A DNA stretch of 64,000 nucleotides from an uncultured delta proteobacterium (GTDB lineage Bacteria; Desulfobacterota; Desulfuromonadia; Geobacterales; DSM-12255). The stretch is taken from contig CAWBBV010000002.1 in NCBI GenBank assembly GCA_963787125.1, positions 64,001 through 128,000 of the forward strand. The letters run 5' to 3'. The position numbers and the translations under genes are program-made. Below are positions 57,559 to 64,000 of the stretch, piece by piece (position 1 is the first letter of the stretch; every line of letters begins with the position of its first letter). A model generated the notes under the pieces. The model was not told the DNA's origin, made no database searches, and saw only the letters and a program-made list of their open reading frames with translations.

Positions 57559-58536
57559 ATGGACTGGATAAAAGTCATGTGCAACATCCTTGATCACCGC
57601 AAAATCAAAATGATCCGTAAGGGACCGGAAGGGAACACCCTCGTCTTACTCTGGCTGCTCATGCTGGCTGAAGCGGGTAAATGCAACCGGGGCGGCTACC
57701 TCATGGTATCCGACAGCCTGCCGTACACGGCAGAAACCCTCAGCATGGTCACTGACATCCCCCTTCCCACAGTCCAGCTTGGACTGGCAACCCTGGCCGC
57801 ACTCGACATGATCGATCGGCAGGACGGCGCCATCTTCATCAAGAACTGGGGCAAGTACCAGAGTGAAGACAAGCTGGAAGCAAAACGGGAACAGGATCGA
57901 AAGCGGCAACAAAGGCATCGGCAGAATGAGCGGGAGAAAATACTCGCACTGCCGGCACCGTCTCAGCTGTCACGTGACAGTCACGCTACCATGTCACGTG
58001 ACGTCACGCAGCAGAACAGAGAAGACAAGAAGAGAGAAGAAAAGACAATAACAGAAAAGATCCGGTTGTTGTTGTCCGGAACTCCTCTGGCAAAGATCAA
58101 AGACAAGGAACTGGATGTACTGGTGAATCGGCATGGTCATGAGCGGTTGCAATTGGCAGTCGATATAGCCGCCGAAACCTGGCGGCGGTGCCGGGAGGAC
58201 AAGCAGAACCCCGGCGGCTACCTCCATTCACTATGTGCAGCCCTGGTTGTGCCCGACTGGTATCTGCCCCATGCAGAGCGAATAGCGCTGGCTGAGTCCT
58301 CACAACGGCACAAGTCAGGGTTTGAAGCAGAACAAGCCGAGCTGAAGGCCCGGGAGGAAGTGCAGGTCGCGGCAATGAATACATTATGGGAATCATTGTC
58401 GGAGGAAAAACGGGAGGAATACTGCTCAGCAGCACGAGAAGGTCTGCCGACAGGCATAGCGCCATCCATCGCAATAACAGCAATGGCCAAGTTGCGTGCA
58501 TGGGAGACAGAGACATTGAACGTCTTAGTTGCATAA
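57559..58536 (+). CDS. Phage replisome organiser N-terminal domain protein
   Basis: MDWIK..DHRKIK..LWLLMLAEAG..PYTAETLS..IKNWGKYQ. Confidence 0.85.
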   Translation: MDWIKVMCNILDHRKIKMIRKGPEGNTLVLLWLLMLAEAGKCNRGGYLMVSDSLPYTAETLSMVTDIPLPTVQLGLATLAALDMIDRQDGAIFIKNWGKYQSEDKLEAKREQDRKRQQRHRQNEREKILALPAPSQLSRDSHATMSRDVTQQNREDKKREEKTITEKIRLLLSGTPLAKIKDKELDVLVNRHGHERLQLAVDIAAETWRRCREDKQNPGGYLHSLCAALVVPDWYLPHAERIALAESSQRHKSGFEAEQAELKAREEVQVAAMNTLWESLSEEKREEYCSAAREGLPTGIAPSIAITAMAKLRAWETETLNVLVA

Positions 58537-58617
58537 AAATGGCAGGACCGAACAGGGTATAGCCAATAACCGTCAATATTAAAATAAATCGGGGCAATAA
58601 CTGGAAGAAGGGATCAG

Positions 58618-59819
58618 ATGCTAAGTGAATTTTGTGTAATAATGAGTTTCATCGCAATAGTCGTCTTCATTTATGTAGTTTTCTTTTGGCAGGAAGAGCG
58701 CATTGAGCCAGTTAACCGTAAAGAGGATGAAAGAGAAGTCTTGTCATTGGCCCAGATCAGCAGTAATTGGCAAGATAGTGTAGAAACAGTTCCCACGAAA
58801 CCAGAGCCAGTGATAGCCGATTGGCGGATCCCACCGGTATTTGATAACCAGGAGATCGTGGATTTCTATAGCCGGACTATCGACAACAACTATTCGATCA
58901 AACGTCCGGAGTGGGCGGTTATCTGTCGAATACTGGAACTTCTTGACAAGTTCGGAGGTTGTCCATCGGTCGTTTGCGATTTTTGACCGGAATTCAGGAG
59001 TTCAAAGGCCTGCGGAATGGTACTGAGATACTCAGGGCCGTAAAGAACCATCACTTTCATGTTCAGAAGCACACGCTTGACGCGAGACTTAAGGAAGCCG
59101 ACCAGGAAGTACGCCAAATGGAACTGGCTCGACAATTCTCCGCCGCTGTAGCTGCTGATCGCGTCGCCAAACAGGAGGAATTGTTGACAAAGCATGACCT
59201 GTCCGAAGCTCCGGTTACAGCAAATCGTGACCCGAATCTTTCGCACTTCGGGGCATACTGCTACAGCAAGCCGCTGCTTGTGGACATCTCTGGGTGGTTT
59301 AAATCTGAGAAAATAATCGACGTCATAAATGAAAACGTCAACCAGGTTATCGGTGGGTGGTGGAATGCCGTGTCAACGCCGGACGGTTATGTGTTTTGCA
59401 GCGCCATGGGTCTATACAAACTGCTCCACCGGGCATTCCCCCGGCAACCGGCCCTGCTTGCGGTCCATGCCAATGTCATAGCACGACAAGACATTCTGTT
59501 TTCTGTGGTCATGACCTTGGCACGCGAACACAACGCTATTGCCACCGAACTGCTGGGGAATAGGGAATTCTTGTGCCCGATGAGCATTACCTCCAGTAAT
59601 GGCAAAGCTAAACGTGAATCTTATATGCTTGTTCCTCTCAAGGCGAAGGCTCTGGGACTTTCCTGCGCACAACTCGAAGCGGAAAAATCGCAGACAATAC
59701 TGCGAATGGTAAAGGCCATTGTCCCGTTGCAACAGGAACCTAGGGAGAAGAAATCGGAACAATCGCATGTCGAAAACAGACTAGAACAGGCTCCGAATGT
59801 CCTGTCCGAACAGTGGTAG
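58618..59819 (+). pseudogene. Split hypothetical gene, possible HD-domain protein remnant
   Basis: Two overlapping ORFs (58618..58986, 58959..59819); the second begins with an HD-domain-tail-like AVKNHH..LKEAD and lacks a good start. Confidence 0.35.
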
Positions 59820-59883
59820 AATTTCTCTATATTACTTTTACAAAGTAAAAGTGATCTATTACTGAAAATTGCAGGAGAACACC

Positions 59884-60513
59884 ATGCCGTCGAAAGCCGC
59901 AGTCATCGCCTACCGCTACCATGTCCTTTCAGGACATCCGGCCTTGTTCGAGCAAGTCGAGAGCCGACTCTGTACATCACACCAGAAGGGATTCTCCGTC
60001 GTGGAAATCACCCGGATCATCGGTTCGCGCAAGGCCGATTACCCCCACGCCGTTCTGGTGAAACGGGGAGTGATTATGCCGGGGAAACGGGGTCGGCCGG
60101 CCAAAGGTTCCGTACCCGCAAGCATCAACCTGTACCTGCGCAAACGCTCCCTCTCCTTTGCTAAATGGTGTGCCGGTTGGGGGTTCGACCTCGTCGAGGC
60201 CGCCGGCGCCATCACGACGGTCAGCGACGGTGAGGTGCTGGAGGCAGTGCGTCGTGACTTTCCAGGGTGCTACCGCAAGATCAAGGGGCTTGAAAAGCAC
60301 GCGTCTTACGTCCGACCGCCGGACTGCCCGTCTCCACAGCTTGAGGCTAACATCGCCTGGGATGAGCGGGAATTCTGCTATCGTGCTGAGAAGATGGAGG
60401 ATCGCCAGGTACGCGGGTACGGTTTCAGCATGGAAGCAGCCTTGAAAAATCTCAAGGTGAGCCACAATTATCGGTTGATGCTGATACGACTGGCTGCGGG
60501 ATGCGAGGTATGA
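59884..60513 (+). CDS. Hypothetical basic protein, possibly DNA-binding
   Basis: AGGAG RBS, 209-codon ORF, AT-hook-like KRGRP. Confidence 0.6.
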   Translation: MPSKAAVIAYRYHVLSGHPALFEQVESRLCTSHQKGFSVVEITRIIGSRKADYPHAVLVKRGVIMPGKRGRPAKGSVPASINLYLRKRSLSFAKWCAGWGFDLVEAAGAITTVSDGEVLEAVRRDFPGCYRKIKGLEKHASYVRPPDCPSPQLEANIAWDEREFCYRAEKMEDRQVRGYGFSMEAALKNLKVSHNYRLMLIRLAAGCEV

Positions 60514-60714
60514 GATTTTGACAGCCATGCTAGAAATCAAAAAGATTCTAAGCACAGCTCCATTTTAGGTTACTATTATGGTGCCGTAATCGGATTGTTT
60601 CCGGCAAGTCCCAATAACTCGTCCAATTAATCATCCATTTCAGGGCTGTTTATGGCATCTACCTCGTATAGCAGGCTTGAGTATGGGGGCACTGCAACAT
60701 TTTATGGAGAGAAT

Positions 60715-61506
60715 ATGTTAGTCCGCCCATTTTCCGATCTTCATGCCGAATTCTGGCCGGCCAACAAGATTGATCGTATCCTCGGCATGGTGATCCCGCC
60801 TCTTCCGACTGACATGGAAACCGTTGCCCTGGTTGCCGGCGACATCGGCCTTGCTCACCGTCAGGAAACCTGGCTCAAGATCATCAGCCTTCTTGCCAAG
60901 CGGTTCATGGCAGTCATCTATGTGGAGGGGAATCACTTTTTCTATCACAACGACTTCTTTGGACGTATCCCGGAGCTGAAAGCCAAGCTGTCGTTTCCCA
61001 AGAACGTTCACTTTCTTGAAAATGAATCGGTTGAGATCAACAGTGTCCTGTTTGTCGGGGCAACCCTCTGGACGGATTTCCTGGACAAGGATTTCTTCAA
61101 GATGCAGTATGCCCGGAAGAACATGAACGACTTTGTCGTAATCAGAAAGGCTGACGGGATGCGGCTCATGCCGGAGGAGACGGTTGATCTGTTTCAGGAA
61201 TCGAAACGCTATATCTTTGAGGCACTGGCAACAGCCGGCGAAAAGAAGACTGTCGTGGTAACACACCATGGCGTATCACCCCTGTCTATTCATGAGCGGT
61301 TCCGGGGAGACAGCCTCAACTGTGCCTTCATGACCGACATTTCCAATGAGATCATCGATCATGGCCCGGATCTCTGGATTCATGGCCATACCCACAACTC
61401 GTTCGACTACGCTCTCGGCAAAACTCGGGTGGTCGTGAATCCTTACGGTTACAAGGATGTGGAGGTCAATCCGCAGTACGACCACAAACTCGTCATTGAA
61501 TTCTGA
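60715..61506 (+). CDS. Calcineurin-like metallophosphoesterase
   Basis: SDLH, AGDI, GNH, THH, HGHTH and NPYGY motifs. Confidence 0.9.
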   Translation: MLVRPFSDLHAEFWPANKIDRILGMVIPPLPTDMETVALVAGDIGLAHRQETWLKIISLLAKRFMAVIYVEGNHFFYHNDFFGRIPELKAKLSFPKNVHFLENESVEINSVLFVGATLWTDFLDKDFFKMQYARKNMNDFVVIRKADGMRLMPEETVDLFQESKRYIFEALATAGEKKTVVVTHHGVSPLSIHERFRGDSLNCAFMTDISNEIIDHGPDLWIHGHTHNSFDYALGKTRVVVNPYGYKDVEVNPQYDHKLVIEF

Positions 61507-61602
61507 CGCAAAGGACCCGTCCTGCAGAAAACCGGGTTCTGTTGCCAAAAAGTCACCATGCAATTGCATTCACGACAGTTCGCGACAATTAACGACATGT
61601 TG

Positions 61603-62892
61603 CTAACGGCTTAAATTTCTTTCCTCCGGCGATTTCCATGATGCAAGCCATTTCAAAGCATCCGTAGTGTCGACCATCTTGCGTGCCAGCATCAGCCGAT
61701 CCATTACAGTTTCTCTCTGGTCATCCTCCATGTCGGCAGTTCGACGCTCAACGTCGGCAAAGAATTCCTCGATCCTTTTTGCCTTCGCCCAAGCATTTAT
61801 GATCTCGGACAACTCATCCCGGCTGTCCTTGATCGATTTGAGGCGCCGGCGTTCAGCCTCTTCCAGGGCCTGCCTGCGCCTCTCCTCTTCCCGTCGCTGC
61901 CGTTCGATCTCGGCTTGGCGCTCACCTTCCTCAAAACGCTTGACGATGTTTGCTGCTTCGGCTTCAAGCTCTTTTACCAGGTCTGCAAGCTTTCGCGGGA
62001 AGTTGCCGGTTTTCGACTCGCGCCACTGCCGCACCCATGTGACTCTCTGATAGGGAGAGTACACCTGCACGCACAACCGCCTGCTCGGCAGGTCAGACAT
62101 GCTTCGCCAGGAATATGATTCATAACGTCTCGGTTTCTTGGCCGGAAGTTCCGATACCCGGGTGTACTTGCCATCCTGATACTCCACTTCGACATTCTCG
62201 CTCATCTCGAATATGGTCACGCCAAAAGCCACGGTGCCGATGAAGATAACGGTCGGCCGTGAAGTGCTCCAGAGATCCGAGTAATAATGTTCATTGCGAC
62301 GTCCACAATTTTCTCGTTCATCTACCTCATGGCGATGCAGGTTCTGTCCATACGGTGCCAGGATGACGGAATGACCACGTCTTTCAAAGGACAGATACAG
62401 GGTGTTTGCCACGTCGATCGCCCGCTCCAGGCTTTCCTTTGAGACAATAATGTCAGCTATCAGGTATTTCCTTGGCTTGAGGAAACCGTTGCGGTTCTCG
62501 CCTGCTCCGGTCATGAGTTCTTTGAAACCTTCAAGCAGCGGGTGCTGTTGCGGAAGTGATCGCCGCCGGCTTATTTTACCACTGCTGTCTTGCGGCACCT
62601 GCGGTGGAGGCAGTTGAGCAACTCTTGCATAACCGTCACGCGCCCATTCCAACTCATCACCCGGATTGGCAACTGGCAATGGCGGCTTCTTGGGGCGTTT
62701 GCCGGTCGCATACATTGCCCAGTAGCCCCTTTGTGGCCGAGGGACTTTCAATCGTGTGCAGATGCGGGCAAGGAAACTAGACGATACATTGTACTTCAGG
62801 GCAACCTTCGTCATTGGCTCGGCCCAGACTTCTTCATACAACAGCTCACGGCTGACGGGATCTTTTTTCTTTGAAGATGTCATTTCTTCCAC
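61603..62892 (-). CDS. Hypothetical protein with HTH-like N-terminus and coiled-coil C-terminus
   Basis: 429-aa ORF; SRELLYEEVWAEPMTKVA..VPRPQRGYWA N-terminus; E/R-rich coil. Confidence 0.7.
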   Translation of the reverse strand: MEEMTSSKKKDPVSRELLYEEVWAEPMTKVALKYNVSSSFLARICTRLKVPRPQRGYWAMYATGKRPKKPPLPVANPGDELEWARDGYARVAQLPPPQVPQDSSGKISRRRSLPQQHPLLEGFKELMTGAGENRNGFLKPRKYLIADIIVSKESLERAIDVANTLYLSFERRGHSVILAPYGQNLHRHEVDERENCGRRNEHYYSDLWSTSRPTVIFIGTVAFGVTIFEMSENVEVEYQDGKYTRVSELPAKKPRRYESYSWRSMSDLPSRRLCVQVYSPYQRVTWVRQWRESKTGNFPRKLADLVKELEAEAANIVKRFEEGERQAEIERQRREEERRRQALEEAERRRLKSIKDSRDELSEIINAWAKAKRIEEFFADVERRTADMEDDQRETVMDRLMLARKMVDTTDALKWLASWKSPEERNLSR

Positions 62893-62968
62893 AATTTGAC
62901 GAAGTGCCTAAAAAATAAGTTATTCATCGGGCTATCCAGGACAAAGTGTTGCTCACACTGATATACGA

Positions 62969-63733
62969 TCAACCACCAACGCCATAAATTGAGCGCAGAT
63001 CCCTGAGAACCTCGCTAAGACTCCTGCTTCTTAACCCCAAGTTTTTCAAATCCACACTCTGATCACTCTCTATTTCATCAAAAAAATGCCGCAGATCTTC
63101 CTTAATGGAGGCTGGCAGACCAATTGATTGCCCTGGGTCGACGATCTGATACAGCCTGAACACGTCATTCTTATGTTTCTTTACGTCCTTATCATCAATC
63201 GCATCGCCGGCTTCACGCCTTTTCTTCAGGTCTAGCCAGGCTCGTGCCTTCAGTGGAATCAGGTAGGCCGGCCCAAGTACGGGTAAACCGTCTGTCTCCT
63301 GTTTCCCGGCATGGATAAATGCATAGTAGTCCTTATCCAGCAGGATGGCTGAGAGACTGGATACCTCTTCATCCATCGGAATTGGGGTCAGATGGCTGTC
63401 GTCACCGATGGTCAAAGCGTCCGGCACGCGCGAAAATAATTCCAGCATCACTGGAAAGGAATCGTCTTCAGGGGTTTTGAACCGATAAAACTGTTTCTGG
63501 CCTGTGCTTTTCTCTTGAATCTTGTATTTGCCGTTGCCAATAAACTGCCAAAAAGCCGTCACGAAATCACCATCCAGCGCTTCCACGCACAGGACGATGT
63601 CGAGATCCTTGGTTGCCCGAAACTCCAATCCAACATCTTCCATTACAAGGGAGCAGGCCGTTCCACCAATCAGCACATACCTATCTGCAAATGGCGCAAA
63701 ATGTGCTTTGAACCGTTCAATGCCTCTCACCAT
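62969..63733 (-). CDS. Nucleotidyltransferase-fold protein (AbiEii / type IV toxin-like)
   Basis: VLIGGTAC..RATKDLD, LKARA and KHKNDV motifs. Confidence 0.7.
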   Translation of the reverse strand: MVRGIERFKAHFAPFADRYVLIGGTACSLVMEDVGLEFRATKDLDIVLCVEALDGDFVTAFWQFIGNGKYKIQEKSTGQKQFYRFKTPEDDSFPVMLELFSRVPDALTIGDDSHLTPIPMDEEVSSLSAILLDKDYYAFIHAGKQETDGLPVLGPAYLIPLKARAWLDLKKRREAGDAIDDKDVKKHKNDVFRLYQIVDPGQSIGLPASIKEDLRHFFDEIESDQSVDLKNLGLRSRSLSEVLRDLRSIYGVGG

Positions 63734-64000
63734 ACGACTTGCTCCATCATCTTTTCGAGAGCGGACTGCACCCGCTCATCAACGTTATCCTGCAAGCTCA
63801 GGTAAAGAGAGAAGCGATCAACCACGTCATCTTCTCCCTTAAATAGGAGCGGCGAATAATTCCATATTTCAACTTCATGCGACTGCGGTTCCGCAGCTGG
63901 CAGCTCCACGATAGCGTTAATAAGCTTCATCGATTTCCAATCGTCCAGACCCACCGCATATACCGGGATGGAAGGAGACGCAAGCAAGGTAAAGTGCGCC
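63727..64000 (-). CDS. C-terminus of partner protein (AbiEi/antitoxin-like), 5' end outside window
   Basis: VDRFSLYLSL..DERVQSAL; overlaps the start of the nucleotidyltransferase gene. Confidence 0.55.
   Translation of the reverse strand, partial: AHFTLLASPSIPVYAVGLDDWKSMKLINAIVELPAAEPQSHEVEIWNYSPLLFKGEDDVVDRFSLYLSLQDNVDERVQSALEKMMEQVVW

Larger units (their letters stand above)
55021..64000. mobile_element. Integrative element / phage-satellite-like island at tRNA-Ser (right end outside window)
   Basis: P4-type integrase directly 3' of the tRNA, then alpA, replisome organiser and accessory genes. Confidence 0.85.

Overview
Chromosomal window from a Geobacteraceae-like (Desulfuromonadia) anaerobe; the taxonomy is inferred from gene content. 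In order it holds: (1) a selenocysteine formate dehydrogenase operon (fdnG with in-frame UGA and SECIS, fdnH, fdnI, fdhE, exported glutaredoxin and peroxiredoxin, mobA, globin-PsiE fusion) with a divergent sigma54 two-component system; (2) tRNA-Sec (selC) and selB, separated by a defence islet (HEPN/MNT pair, type I restriction-modification, RelE-type TA); (3) crcB-DUF190; (4) the mercury-methylation genes hgcAB behind a Cys-rich MarR regulator; (5) housekeeping genes (hup, PBP1A, ubiD/ubiA/ubiX-like genes split by TA modules and gene debris, SRP RNA, dnaX-ybaB-recR, PFOR, mglBA, rpe, rsmB); (6) an integrative element at tRNA-Ser(GGA) with a P4-type integrase, AlpA, replisome organiser and cargo, running off the right edge. 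Two signals stand out. HgcA has a hidden 64-codon N-terminal extension read through an in-frame UGA (Cys-Sec motif) with a SECIS-like hairpin resembling that of fdnG. A ~700-nt non-coding stretch between the integrase and alpA is tiled almost end to end with hairpins and is a candidate large structured RNA. All calls come from motif recognition by eye; no searches or folding programs were run.
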